Below, piece after piece: positions 30,827 to 41,442 of a DNA stretch of 64,000 bases (position 1 is its first letter; every line of letters begins with the position of its first letter). The notes beneath the pieces were generated by a model. The model had not been told where the DNA came from and made no database searches. It saw only the letters and a list, made by a program, of their open reading frames with translations. The stretch is from an uncultured Alphaproteobacteria bacterium (GTDB lineage Bacteria > Pseudomonadota > Alphaproteobacteria > Rhodobacterales > Rhodobacteraceae), in the NCBI GenBank assembly GCA_913051655.1, contig CAJXHI010000006.1, positions 34,273-98,272 on the forward strand. The letters are read 5' to 3'. The translations under genes were made by a program, and so were the position numbers.

Positions 30827-31912
30827 ATGGATTTTCACCTTACCGAAGATCGCCGCATGTTGTCCGACACGCTTAACCGCTATCTTGGTGATCAATATGG
30901 GCTAGAGCATCGCAATTCTGTTGCCTATGAGGCGCCTTATTATGATTCTGTTAAGTGGCAAGAGCTTGCTGAGCTTGGTGTTTTTGCAGCACTTGCAACC
31001 GAAAAGGACGGAGGTTTCGGTGGTGCAGGTGGCGATATATCCGTCGTATTCGAAGCTTTGGGCAAAGCGCTTGTATGCGAACCTGTCTTACCTGTTCTGA
31101 TGGCCAGCAGGTTGCTATCTGCTGCAGGCAAAGATCAAAGTGGCCTCTTGGATGGATCCATCAAGTATGGGTTTGCTTTGTCAGAACCGGATGCGCCGTA
31201 TGATATTTCGGACATAACAACAAGCGCGGATGCATTCCATAAAGTGACCGGCCGCAAGTCGGCCGTCTACGGCGCCCATTTGGCAGATCGTATACTCGTT
31301 GCTGCACGTAGAGAAGGGCAAATAAACCTTTATGAAGTGATGAAAACCGATGCTGAAATCATTTCATATGGGATGATTGACGGCGGTGGTGCTGGCGAAG
31401 TCCTTCTCGATAAATCCTCTGCAGATCTGATTTTGCAAAACGCAGCTGCCGCAGTGAAGGATGCAATGAATGCAGGTGTTGTTGCGCTTTGTTCTGAGGC
31501 GATAGGTGCAATGGAAACCGCCTATGAGATGACAGTTGATTACCTAAAACAGCGCAAACAATTCGGCCGTACGATTGGCAGTTTCCAAGTTCTTCAACAT
31601 CGTGCGGTTGATATGCTGACAGAAATTGAACAAGCCCGCTCAATCACCATTAAGGCCGCTGCCGAACTTGGTGGGCCTGACGCGAGCAGATTTGCTGCTA
31701 TGGCAAAAAATATGATTGGTCGTGCGGGACGTCAAATCGCAGAAGAAGCGATCCAATTGCACGGCGGCATTGCTATGACTTGGGAATATGGCGTGTCCCA
31801 TTATGCAAAGCGCATAATTATGATCGATCACCAATTGGGGGATACGGATTATCACTTGGCCCGTATTATGTCTGATCTAAGCGCTTCACAGGTAGATAAA
31901 GGGTCTGTTTAA
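30827..31912 (+). CDS. acyl-CoA dehydrogenase family protein (probable partner subunit)
   Basis: About 361 aa. ACAD C-terminal helices are present (QRKQFGRTIGSFQVLQHRAVD; LHGGIAMTWEY). It lies immediately after the previous ACAD stop. Confidence 0.85.
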   Translation: MDFHLTEDRRMLSDTLNRYLGDQYGLEHRNSVAYEAPYYDSVKWQELAELGVFAALATEKDGGFGGAGGDISVVFEALGKALVCEPVLPVLMASRLLSAAGKDQSGLLDGSIKYGFALSEPDAPYDISDITTSADAFHKVTGRKSAVYGAHLADRILVAARREGQINLYEVMKTDAEIISYGMIDGGGAGEVLLDKSSADLILQNAAAAVKDAMNAGVVALCSEAIGAMETAYEMTVDYLKQRKQFGRTIGSFQVLQHRAVDMLTEIEQARSITIKAAAELGGPDASRFAAMAKNMIGRAGRQIAEEAIQLHGGIAMTWEYGVSHYAKRIIMIDHQLGDTDYHLARIMSDLSASQVDKGSV

Positions 31913-32014
31913 AAACAGTACCCATTTGGGTTCGGTAGTTTAAAAAGATACCGAGCTAAATATCTGTTGCTTTCCAGTTGAATTGAATCAGTGTACAATC
32001 ACGGGCAATATGAC

Positions 32015-33322
32015 CTAAAGAACAAAACGGCTAAGGTCTGCGTTCCGTGTCAAATCGCCCAGGTTGTTTTCGACATATTTCGCGTTCACGACTACGCTTT
32101 GGCCGGATTTGTCTGGTGCCACAAAAGACAATTCCTCAAAAATACGTTCTATCACGGTGTAAAGCCGACGCGCTCCAATATTTTCAACAGATTGGTTCAC
32201 TTCAGCAGCAATTTTAGCAATCGCTGATATACCATCTTCGCTAAAAGTTACCGCCACACCTTCGGTATCCATCAAAGCACGATATTGCAAGGTCAGAGCG
32301 TTATCTGTTTCCGTCAGGATACGCACAAAATCGCCTTCTGTCAGAGCGCGTAATTCAACGCGTATGGGCAGACGGCCCTGAAGTTCCGGCAAAAGATCTG
32401 AAGGTTTGGCGACATGGAATGCACCAGAGGCAATAAATAAAATATGATCTGTTTTGACAGGACCATATTTTGTGCTGACAGTTGTGCCCTCAATCAGGGG
32501 CAGCAGATCTCGTTGCACACCTTCACGACTCACATCAGCGCCACGCGCATCGGATCGCGCGCACACCTTATCTATTTCGTCCAAGAATACGATCCCATTT
32601 TCTTCAACTACGCTCATCGCTTTGCGCGTCACGGCTTCGTCATCCAAAAGCTTATCCGCCTCTTCATCCATTAAAAGATCATGACTTTGCGACACGGTCA
32701 TCTTGCGCTTCATTGTGCGTTGACCTAGGGCTTTACCGAAAATATCTCCTAGGTTCATCATCCCCATTTGGCTTCCGGGTTGACCGGGGATATCAAACAG
32801 TGGCATTGGATTGCTCGTATCGGCAACTTCTAGTTCGATCTCGGTGTCATCCAAGTCACCTGAACGCAGTTTTTTACGAAACATTTCCCGCGTTGACTCG
32901 CGCGCGTCGCTTCCAGCGATGGCTTCTATGACGCGGTCTTCTGCCGCACGCACTGCCTTCGCTTTAACATCCTCACGCATTTGATCTCGGGTCATGGCAA
33001 TTGCACTATCCACGAGGTCACGCACAATCTGTTCCACATCGCGTCCGACATAGCCAACTTCGGTAAATTTTGTTGCCTCAACTTTGATAAACGGCGCCTT
33101 GGCAAGTTTGGCCAATCGTCGGCTTATTTCGGTTTTTCCTACACCCGTTGGTCCGATCATGAGAATATTTTTTGGAAAGACTTCTTCGCGCAGGCTATCA
33201 TCCAACTGTTTTCTGCGCCAACGCGACCGAAGCGCCACAGCAACCGCGCGTTTTGCATCTTTTTGCCCAATGATAAAGCGGTCCAACTCAGACACGATTT
33301 CGCGGGGGGTCAGGTCAGTCAT
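32015..33322 (-). CDS. hslU: ATP-dependent protease ATPase subunit HslU
   Basis: [34 protein letters not shown] and Walker [16 protein letters not shown] are present. The start is set at Met-11 of the ORF (MTDLTPRE). Confidence 0.95.
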   Translation of the reverse strand: MTDLTPREIVSELDRFIIGQKDAKRAVAVALRSRWRRKQLDDSLREEVFPKNILMIGPTGVGKTEISRRLAKLAKAPFIKVEATKFTEVGYVGRDVEQIVRDLVDSAIAMTRDQMREDVKAKAVRAAEDRVIEAIAGSDARESTREMFRKKLRSGDLDDTEIELEVADTSNPMPLFDIPGQPGSQMGMMNLGDIFGKALGQRTMKRKMTVSQSHDLLMDEEADKLLDDEAVTRKAMSVVEENGIVFLDEIDKVCARSDARGADVSREGVQRDLLPLIEGTTVSTKYGPVKTDHILFIASGAFHVAKPSDLLPELQGRLPIRVELRALTEGDFVRILTETDNALTLQYRALMDTEGVAVTFSEDGISAIAKIAAEVNQSVENIGARRLYTVIERIFEELSFVAPDKSGQSVVVNAKYVENNLGDLTRNADLSRFVL

Positions 33323-33391
33323 ATCTACCTCATGGAACGTTTCACAGCGCATTAAGCGCCGTTGTGGGGTCTCTGAAACCCAAAATGCAAG

Positions 33392-33961
33392 TTAGGGTGA
33401 AATTTCTTCGACAGTAAGTTTGCCGTTCGTGTAAACGCAAATGTCGGCGGCGATAGCCATGGCATCACGCGCAATGCTTTCCGCATCTTTGTCCGATTCC
33501 ATCATGCCCCGTGCCGCAGCTAGAGCATAATTACCGCCAGACCCAATCGCCGCTACGTCATGTTCGGGTTCCAAAACATCCCCAGCGCCAGTAATCACCA
33601 TCAAATGTGATCCATCACTCACAATCAGCATAGCTTCGAGCTTTTGTAGGTATTTATCCGTGCGCCAGTCTTTGGCCAGTTCAACAGCCGCGCGGGGCAG
33701 TTGGCCCGGTGTCGCTTCCAGCTTAGCTTCCAAACGTTCCAAAAGCGTAAAGGCGTCAGCCGTTGAGCCCGCAAAACCTGCAACGACGTCAAATCCACCA
33801 GGAGACAAACGACGCACTTTCCGCGCGGTGCCTTTGATAACAGTCTGCCCAAGGGACACTTGCCCATCCCCTGCAACGACGACTTTCCCATCCTTTTTGA
33901 TCCCAATTATGGTCGTACCGTGCCAGCTTGGGAACTGACCATTTTTCATGAAGTGATCCAT
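33392..33961 (-). CDS. hslV: ATP-dependent protease subunit HslV
   Basis: [40 protein letters not shown] contains the catalytic Thr. The start is set at an internal Met (33961 or 33949), since the ORF-track N-terminus is too long. Confidence 0.9.
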   Translation of the reverse strand: MDHFMKNGQFPSWHGTTIIGIKKDGKVVVAGDGQVSLGQTVIKGTARKVRRLSPGGFDVVAGFAGSTADAFTLLERLEAKLEATPGQLPRAAVELAKDWRTDKYLQKLEAMLIVSDGSHLMVITGAGDVLEPEHDVAAIGSGGNYALAAARGMMESDKDAESIARDAMAIAADICVYTNGKLTVEEISP

Positions 33962-34041
33962 CTTATTGGCAACCTCTAGCGTCACGTGTTTAGGGGGATG
34001 CAGGAGCAATGTATTTACCCCTAATGCCAACTAAATAACGC

Positions 34042-34362
34042 TCAAATAGAAGACTCAATCCAGCTCTGAAGCGCTGCCTTTGGCGCAGCGCCCGCACGGT
34101 TTGATATAACTTCGCCATCTTTAAAAATAAATAGTGCAGGAATGCCGCGCACCCCCATGGAAGCAGCTGTATCCGGGTTGGAGTCCACATCTACCTTTGC
34201 AATTTTGACTTTACCTTCCATTTCCGAAGAAAGCTCTTCTAAGGCAGGGCCAATCTGCTTGCAGGGCCCACACCATTCTGCCCAAAAATCTACAACAACT
34301 GGGATATGGGAATTTTTGACTTCGGTATCAAAAGTGGCGTCTGTCACCGCTACTGTGGACAT
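34042..34362 (-). CDS. trxA: thioredoxin
   Basis: 106 aa with the WCGPC active site ([12 protein letters not shown]). Confidence 0.92.
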   Translation of the reverse strand: MSTVAVTDATFDTEVKNSHIPVVVDFWAEWCGPCKQIGPALEELSSEMEGKVKIAKVDVDSNPDTAASMGVRGIPALFIFKDGEVISNRAGAAPKAALQSWIESSI

Positions 34363-34421
34363 GTCGTACTCCTTAACATGTAAGCTCTAGATGCTTAACG
34401 TAAGCAGCGACATGGAAAAGG

Positions 34422-37400
34422 TCAAGCATCCCCCATCGTACAAAGTGTTTTCATCACCTGTTCTGGTTCAAGCTGCATCAGAACAGGTGTGCTGGTCCAC
34501 AGAATACATGGTTTCACTTGATGATCGGGATAGATATCGCTCAGCGCTGCGGTATAAGCACCCATTTGCCGCAAAATACCCAATGGGACCTCATGCTGGG
34601 TCTGCGGAGTAATCCGGTTGGTTTTGAAATCAATCACCCAAACGTATTTCTCCGTGACGATAAGGCGATCGACAATACCGTTCATTAAGCGATTTTTCAT
34701 CATAGGTAGCCGCGCCGAAATGGAAACCTCAGCTAGGGAATCGGGTGCAAATACAAACGACAGTTCAGAGGCGTTTAAGACAGAAAGGGCTTCATTGACC
34801 ACCGAATCGATGTTTTCGTCCGACTCAAGTAGAGCTTTGTTTTTTAGTAAAGTCTCGGCATGCCTTCTGCGCTCAGAAGAGGCAATCTTAGGGAGAGTTT
34901 CGAGTAAAAGGTGAATCTGCGTACCACGTCGCAGCGCGGTTTCTTCGTCTTCGCCCTCTGCAATCCAAAGTGCTTTGGCGCCCCCAAGGTTGGAGGCTAT
35001 CACAATCTCTTCTTCCTCCGCGCATGTTGTTGGTTCTTCAGCATACCAATCCGGCAATTCGATTAGCTTCTCATCGCTGATAATTGGTGATTTTGGGACA
35101 AGCCGGTCCCAGTCGCCAAAGGACACACGTTTTCCCACACCACTGTCGAATATCTGATCATATGCGCCGGCGCGCGCCATACCCTCTGCAACCTGTTCAT
35201 ACCAACTTGGATGTTCACCTCCAAGGTCACCAGCTGCCGCCACTATCAGCCATTTTTGCGCTCGCGTCATAGCCACGTAAAGCAATCTATCGCGTTCCTG
35301 CAATTCTTTTTTCTGCTTTTGCTCGTAAAAGGTAGAAAGCGCCTGTGGCATTTTCTCTTTGGTAGGTTTCCAAAGCATCATATCGTTAACCTTCAAAAGT
35401 GCATCAGAGCTACTGAGCGGACGTCTTGCCGTATCAGGAAGGATCACGATGGGGGCCTCAAGCCCCTTCGCCCCATGCACCGTCATCACGCGAATTTCCG
35501 TCCCGTCGTTTTCCACCTGTCGCTTAATTTCAAGCGCATCACTTTGGCTCCATAAAATGAAACCAGTCAGGCTCGGTATTTCGCTTTGCTCATAACTCAG
35601 TGCTTGGCCCAATAGCGCATTCATACCCTCTTCTGCCTCTGGCCCGAGACGGGCAATGAATTTTCGTCGTCCATCATGACGAGTTAAAATCCGCTCTAAA
35701 AGCTCATAAGGACGTAAAAAATCCACTTTATCGCTTAGATCTTGCAATACAAAAAGCTCTGGGGCATATGCCTTAGGGTCATCACGCATGGCCTGCCAAA
35801 GGTATTTCTTTCCCCGCCCATAAGCGAGAGAAAATAATTTTTGTTCGCCCCATGAAAAAAGTGGCGATTTTAGCACAACAGCAAGCGATAAATCATCTTC
35901 TGGCAAAACCAGAAAGGACATAAGCGAAATAAGGTCTTTCACAGCCATTTCTGCACCCACTTTCAGCCTGTCAGCCCCCGCAATAGGTAGGTCTAAAGCT
36001 TTGCAGGCTTGGATTACCTGGTGAAACAAATCACTGCGCCTTTGCACAAGAATTAGAAAATCCCCAGCCCTAACCGGTCGAGCCTCAAACGCGCCACTAT
36101 TGCCAATTTCGACTGGCAGAGGGTGTTTTTTATCAATCATTTTTTTGATCATCGCAGCAATTTGGCTGGCAAGATTTACCATATGGTTTTGCCGCCCCGG
36201 CAGATCTACGGGGTGAAACCATGCCTCATCACTATCGTCTTTAACCCTGGGAACAACAGGCCAAAGATCAACGCGACCCAGCATCCTTGATTTAAACGCC
36301 AAATGTTGTTGAGTTAATGGAAAGCCAGAATTTTCTTTGCCCACAAACGTTTCATCCACAACCCGCAGAATGGCGGGGGATGAGCGAAAAGAATATTCTA
36401 AAGAGCGGTCATTCAACGGCGTTTTTGTCAATGCCAATTGGTCACCAAAGACGATTTTCATCTCCTCAAAGGCATCTGCATCCGCACCTTGAAATGAATA
36501 GATTGATTGTTTTTTATCACCTACCACAAAAAGCGTGCGGTTTTCACTACCATGCGCACCCTCGCCGCTTGTGATTTCTTGGGCTAATTTGGCAATTACC
36601 TCCCATTGCAACGGGCTAGTATCCTGCGCTTCGTCAACAAGAATATGGCTGATACCACCATCGAGGCGGTACAACACCCAATCTGCCACTTTAGGATCAA
36701 TAAGCAGATCCCTTGCTTTGAGAATCAAATCGTCAAAATCAAGCCAACCTCTGATTTGTTTTTCCCGCTCATACTGTGGCAGAAACACGACTGCCAAACG
36801 ATGAAGTGCGAGGCTTTGTTGGACAAGAGAGAGTGACAATGCCTCCTGTTTTGAGGTCGCGACGCGTTCCATTAGTTCCTGCACCTTGTCCATCACAGGG
36901 GCAAGCGGACCAGTTACAACGGCCTTTGAAGGAAATTGCGCCCGAATAGAAAATGGATGTGATTTTATTAAAAATGCATCTTGCAACGTCCGAAGTGCAT
37001 CAAGTGATATATCATCTATCTGCGATAGGATATCGGCAACGCCCTGATCCGTTTTGCCCCCAGAGCGCAGAGCATCTTTGATTGTGACAATCAAATCGAG
37101 ATCATTTTCAAAAAAGTGTTGAGTAACAAGGTCCTCTTCATGAGTCAGATGACGCATATCCAAAGCATGACAAATGGCGCCGCGGTCTTCTTTGAAATGA
37201 CTGTTCTGGCGGGCGCGCAACAGATCATTGATGACACTTTCAAGCGCAGTCTCGTCGCTAAATTCTACAAATCCGTCCATGATGTCGGAGTGCCCTGAAC
37301 TTGCAAAGTGTTCAAGTATATCCTGACAAAGTGTTTTGGTTGCGCGTTCGTCCATTTCGCTAAAATCGGGGCTAACCCCCGCCTCTAGCGGAAACCTGCG

Positions 37401-37796
37401 CAGTAAGACAGCACAAAACGAATGAATTGTCTGAATTTTAAGCCCGCCAGGAGTTTCAATTGCGCGAGCGAAAAGTGTTCTCGCATGACGCAATTGTGCC
37501 GTATCAAACTTAGCTTCCAACCCAATCTGGCTCAGTTGATCATAAAGCGCGCGGTCCTCTTTCATTGCCCAATCACCAAGCAGACGGAACAATCTGTTTT
37601 GCATCTCACTCGCCGCCGCTTTTGTGTAGGTCAGGCAAAGAATCTTTTCTGGTGCAACGCCCTGCAATAGTAAAAGCGCCACACGATCTGTCAGCACCTT
37701 GGTTTTGCCCGATCCGGCATTGGCAGATAACCATGTTGAAGCGTTAGGATTCGCAGCGCGTACTTGGTTTTCACTGGCAGCATCACGGATCGTCAT
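34422..37796 (-). CDS. addA: double-strand break repair helicase-nuclease AddA
   Basis: UvrD-like Walker A (SANAGSGKTKVLTDR), the DEAQDTS motif and a C-terminal PD-(D/E)xK region are present. The start is set at ATG 37794-37796, overlapping the addB stop (ATGA). Confidence 0.9.
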   Translation of the reverse strand: MTIRDAASENQVRAANPNASTWLSANAGSGKTKVLTDRVALLLLQGVAPEKILCLTYTKAAASEMQNRLFRLLGDWAMKEDRALYDQLSQIGLEAKFDTAQLRHARTLFARAIETPGGLKIQTIHSFCAVLLRRFPLEAGVSPDFSEMDERATKTLCQDILEHFASSGHSDIMDGFVEFSDETALESVINDLLRARQNSHFKEDRGAICHALDMRHLTHEEDLVTQHFFENDLDLIVTIKDALRSGGKTDQGVADILSQIDDISLDALRTLQDAFLIKSHPFSIRAQFPSKAVVTGPLAPVMDKVQELMERVATSKQEALSLSLVQQSLALHRLAVVFLPQYEREKQIRGWLDFDDLILKARDLLIDPKVADWVLYRLDGGISHILVDEAQDTSPLQWEVIAKLAQEITSGEGAHGSENRTLFVVGDKKQSIYSFQGADADAFEEMKIVFGDQLALTKTPLNDRSLEYSFRSSPAILRVVDETFVGKENSGFPLTQQHLAFKSRMLGRVDLWPVVPRVKDDSDEAWFHPVDLPGRQNHMVNLASQIAAMIKKMIDKKHPLPVEIGNSGAFEARPVRAGDFLILVQRRSDLFHQVIQACKALDLPIAGADRLKVGAEMAVKDLISLMSFLVLPEDDLSLAVVLKSPLFSWGEQKLFSLAYGRGKKYLWQAMRDDPKAYAPELFVLQDLSDKVDFLRPYELLERILTRHDGRRKFIARLGPEAEEGMNALLGQALSYEQSEIPSLTGFILWSQSDALEIKRQVENDGTEIRVMTVHGAKGLEAPIVILPDTARRPLSSSDALLKVNDMMLWKPTKEKMPQALSTFYEQKQKKELQERDRLLYVAMTRAQKWLIVAAAGDLGGEHPSWYEQVAEGMARAGAYDQIFDSGVGKRVSFGDWDRLVPKSPIISDEKLIELPDWYAEEPTTCAEEEEIVIASNLGGAKALWIAEGEDEETALRRGTQIHLLLETLPKIASSERRRHAETLLKNKALLESDENIDSVVNEALSVLNASELSFVFAPDSLAEVSISARLPMMKNRLMNGIVDRLIVTEKYVWVIDFKTNRITPQTQHEVPLGILRQMGAYTAALSDIYPDHQVKPCILWTSTPVLMQLEPEQVMKTLCTMGDA

Positions 37797-40732
37797 AACA
37801 AATCCTGTGCAATTGCGTCTTGGGTAATGTCCCATTCTCCAAAACGTGATAGTTGATCGTATTGGGATAAATCCTTGGCTTTGAACAGCGCACGGCGCGG
37901 CGTATATCCTTGATCCTTCTCTTGGTAGGCAGCAATCAAAGCTTCGAATTTATCCCACGCTTCTTGTACGGACTCCTTCGCGAATGGTGCTGCGCGATAA
38001 AGACCCGATCCCCCAAGCCCAATAAAAGCTGCCTCTGATACAGGCGCAGCTTTGAAAGCGTCAAAACCACCTTCTTCCGCGATAGCGGCCATCAAATATA
38101 GCTGTTTGTCAAAAATCCGCTGCTGGGCAGGTGTGGGAGGTGTGCCAGTTTTATAATCAAATAGGCAGATGCTTTGATCTTTGCGCAGGTGAACGCGATC
38201 CGACCGGGCAACTAGCGTAAATTTCAAGTCGCTCAAATTGATTTTTCCGTCGACCTCAAAGGCACTATGGATAATTTCGTTTTGACGCATAGCCTCTTCG
38301 TTGAGAAAATCCGTACAAAAACGCTCTATCCGATGTCGCCAAAAAGCACGGGTCAATGCCCAGGGAACTTCACGAGCCAAAGTATCATCCAAGATAGACA
38401 AAAGCTTCGGACTTCGTTCATCCGGTTCCAAATTCGGCCAGTCTTTCATAAAAGTTTCAAAGACCTGATGTACAACGAGCCCTCGCAGCCGCGGATCAGC
38501 CCTCACGTCCAGCGGGTCAATCTCGGTCAGTTTTAAAATACGTTTGGCGTAAATAGCGTAAGGATCACGTATCAAGGTCTTGATCTCAGTCGCGGATAGC
38601 TGCCTTGGCCGCGCCGAAAGTGGCGGTCGGGGTGAAATTCGTGGCGCTGGTGAATGCGACGTAACCCTTTCCATCGTCTTTAAATACCCAAGGTACTTTG
38701 CGCCCCGTGCCCGCATCTCATCCAAAAATTTCGGCCCACCTAGCGCTGGCAAGCCCATGAGCAGATTGACCATCCGATTGATCCAGCGCGACGGAACAGT
38801 TTCCGCCTCGTCCGAGCGAATTGATCGGGTGATCCAAACCCTTTTTACGGCGACCGCCTGTTGAAAATCATGCGCTGACAGGCCGATCTGACGCTCCGGA
38901 AGCAAGAGACCGGCGCTTTGCCGCATTTGAGAATTCAGCCAAGGGTCAGGCGCCGGGACTTTGGGCCAGCTGCCCTCGTTCAATCCACCCAAAATTACAA
39001 GGTCAGCCCCTTGCACACGCGCCTCCAAAGTGCCCCAAATCAAAATATTAGGATGAGGGGCAAGGGGATCTCTAACTTCTTCTTCCGCCAGAACCGCACC
39101 AAATATGTCGTTGTAATCCTGCACAGACATCACGCCACCACGATGCATAGCTTCCTTTATGGCGTCGCAGCTTTTGGCAACAGCCGCGCCCTCTTTCCCG
39201 TCCCATAATGAAGAAATCTCTTTATCCACGTCGGGGGCATGACCCAGCGCGATCAATTCACATAGTGTTATGTGGGTTTGAAAATGTCGTTCAAAGCTTT
39301 GCTTGTCTAGCGACATTTTGCCCAGAAACGTGTGGCAAAGCCAGTCAGCCCATAGTGCAACCTCTGGTTCACTGCGTTTGCGAGTCCAATTTTCAATGAT
39401 TTCTGCATTTGGAAAGGCCACGCGTTTGTCCCTCAGGAACAATTCTAATTCCCTGCTAAGCCGCAAATGTTCATTTCGTTTTCCTCCGCTATGGGAGAGA
39501 GGGTGCTTTAAAAGCGCAAGCAACGCTCCGGAGCTAAGTTCGTTGTAAAAAAGTTGACCAACTTGCCGCATAAAGCGGCCAACTGCACTCAGATGGAGTG
39601 GCACACCTGCACTGTCATCTGGTCGGATATCCCAACTGTCTAGGGCGGCGGCCACCTGTCTCGTCAACTGCCGGTCGGGCGAAATCAATGCCGCGATCTC
39701 CCCCATATTGACGGCCTCCTTCAACCTAAGCGCGATGGCAAGCGCCTCTCGGCGCTTGTCAGGTGCCTCTAGAAGCGTGATGTCTCTGGTTGCGTCCTTC
39801 AAAGATCTGAGCTGAGGCCCCTCGGTCAGCCAAGCATCAGTAATAGGCGCAGGACGCAATGCCAAAGACACAAAGGCATTGCGCTCAGGACAGGGTGCAG
39901 AGACATTTTGCCAATTTGCCACTTCTGACACAGCGGATTTCGTTTCATGAAGAAGTTTTTGAAAACGCGTCTGGGGGTGATCTTCTGATCCAGCGAAGGC
40001 CGCTAGCTCCACCCAAGCGCTCGCGGGCATGTCAAAATCAAACCCCGGCAGAACTAACACCCCTTGCGGAAGCTTTGCCACTGCCTTCATCAGCAACATC
40101 GTCGTTCCTCGCGACCCCGTGGATCCCGCGACGATTACCGGCGTCTTTGGTGAATCCCTTTCCCAACTATTGATCAAAGACAAAACAGAATTTCGAAGTG
40201 CTAAGGTACTGTCAGGCGTAATTTGGCGCAATTCTAGATATCGCTGCACAATTGCAACAAATTTTTGTGCGCGCTCCCAATGGCCTGACTGATCGCTCAC
40301 GTCAAGAGAAGCAACAGTTTTAGGATCAACGCCCTCACCTATCATTTCATCAATAAGTTTTGCCAGATTATCCGCCAGCGAATAAATAGAGGAGCGCGCT
40401 GCGAGATCAGGTTGCTCAGTGATCAATTTTTCTACCAGCTCAACCAATTCAAACCTTGTGGCAAGCTTTGACACCGTTGGAGCGGGACTGGGAGTTGAAA
40501 TCAAAGCACTCAGATTTGTCACAAGATGCAATCTGGGGTGAAGAACGCCGGATTTCAGCCCAAACAAATTCTGAACGCGTCGCAACATACGTTCCGTGTT
40601 TAAAATGATATCCACACGGGCAAGCGCCTCTGGCGGATCATTTTGGTAATTGTCACAAAGACCATCAACCAGCGCTTTAGGAAAATCAACGCCCGGCGCA
40701 AGGCCATATATACGGTGTTCAAATTTTTTCAT
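37793..40732 (-). CDS. addB: double-strand break repair protein AddB (alphaproteobacterial type)
   Basis: 979-aa ORF directly upstream of and coupled to addA. It has a C-terminal nuclease-like region (CLFDYKTGT). The tsaE-amgK-murU-addB-addA-trxA order is conserved in alphaproteobacteria. Confidence 0.85.
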   Translation of the reverse strand: MKKFEHRIYGLAPGVDFPKALVDGLCDNYQNDPPEALARVDIILNTERMLRRVQNLFGLKSGVLHPRLHLVTNLSALISTPSPAPTVSKLATRFELVELVEKLITEQPDLAARSSIYSLADNLAKLIDEMIGEGVDPKTVASLDVSDQSGHWERAQKFVAIVQRYLELRQITPDSTLALRNSVLSLINSWERDSPKTPVIVAGSTGSRGTTMLLMKAVAKLPQGVLVLPGFDFDMPASAWVELAAFAGSEDHPQTRFQKLLHETKSAVSEVANWQNVSAPCPERNAFVSLALRPAPITDAWLTEGPQLRSLKDATRDITLLEAPDKRREALAIALRLKEAVNMGEIAALISPDRQLTRQVAAALDSWDIRPDDSAGVPLHLSAVGRFMRQVGQLFYNELSSGALLALLKHPLSHSGGKRNEHLRLSRELELFLRDKRVAFPNAEIIENWTRKRSEPEVALWADWLCHTFLGKMSLDKQSFERHFQTHITLCELIALGHAPDVDKEISSLWDGKEGAAVAKSCDAIKEAMHRGGVMSVQDYNDIFGAVLAEEEVRDPLAPHPNILIWGTLEARVQGADLVILGGLNEGSWPKVPAPDPWLNSQMRQSAGLLLPERQIGLSAHDFQQAVAVKRVWITRSIRSDEAETVPSRWINRMVNLLMGLPALGGPKFLDEMRARGAKYLGYLKTMERVTSHSPAPRISPRPPLSARPRQLSATEIKTLIRDPYAIYAKRILKLTEIDPLDVRADPRLRGLVVHQVFETFMKDWPNLEPDERSPKLLSILDDTLAREVPWALTRAFWRHRIERFCTDFLNEEAMRQNEIIHSAFEVDGKINLSDLKFTLVARSDRVHLRKDQSICLFDYKTGTPPTPAQQRIFDKQLYLMAAIAEEGGFDAFKAAPVSEAAFIGLGGSGLYRAAPFAKESVQEAWDKFEALIAAYQEKDQGYTPRRALFKAKDLSQYDQLSRFGEWDITQDAIAQDLL

Positions 40733-41442
40733 GGTACAAGTTTTGATCTTTGCAAAGCCGAAGTTTTAGCAATCTGCTCTTCAGCAAGGATCACCCCCTC
40801 AGGTGTACCAACATCACACCATTTACCATTATATAGCATGCCAAAAACTGTATTATTCCGAAGCATAATATCCCAAATTTTGTTAAGCGAAAAAGCACGC
40901 TCTTTTATCTCAGCAAAAAGGTCTGTTTTAATAATTTGCACCCCAGAATAAACAAGGTCGCCCTTGCGTTGCAGTCTTCCATCTTTTGCCAGCGCAAAAT
41001 CCCCCTGACCAAGATAGCCTACGGTATTGTCAATGCGCACGCACATCAAAAGCGCGTCCATTATTTTTGGATTCCATCTATGTTGTAGGGCGACTAATGG
41101 ATTCTCACCCAACCAGACTACATCTGAATTCAACGTCATCACAGGATTGCTGCCAAGATGCGGCAAAGCCGCCTTAAGCCCGCCACCAGTTTCCAAAACA
41201 TCCGGCCATTCAGGCAATACATTGACGGGTTGTCCAAAAAGGTGCGACACTAACATTTCCTTTTTGAAATGGACGTTTACGACGGTTTTTATCGGGAGGA
41301 TGTCATCTGTCAGAGAAATGGCGTGATCTATTAAAGTACGCCCACCCACTTTAAGCAGCGGTTTTGGTCGGTCATGTACCAAGTGCTTCATCCGCGTGCC
41401 CAAACCAGCAGCAAAGATCATAAGGGCCATATCCTCAGACAT
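40729..41442 (-). CDS. sugar-1-phosphate nucleotidyltransferase (MurU-like)
   Basis: It has an N-terminal nucleotidyltransferase motif (LMIFAAGLGTRMKHL..DRPKPLLKV). The start is set at ATG 41442 (or 41430). The ORF-track N-terminus overlaps the upstream kinase gene. Confidence 0.7.
   Translation of the reverse strand: MSEDMALMIFAAGLGTRMKHLVHDRPKPLLKVGGRTLIDHAISLTDDILPIKTVVNVHFKKEMLVSHLFGQPVNVLPEWPDVLETGGGLKAALPHLGSNPVMTLNSDVVWLGENPLVALQHRWNPKIMDALLMCVRIDNTVGYLGQGDFALAKDGRLQRKGDLVYSGVQIIKTDLFAEIKERAFSLNKIWDIMLRNNTVFGMLYNGKWCDVGTPEGVILAEEQIAKTSALQRSKLVP

Noticed and set aside
32444-33395. Plus-strand ORFs (76-149 aa) opposite hslU
   Set aside because: They are Ser/Arg/His-rich with no motifs, and they lie wholly antisense to a near-canonical HslU.
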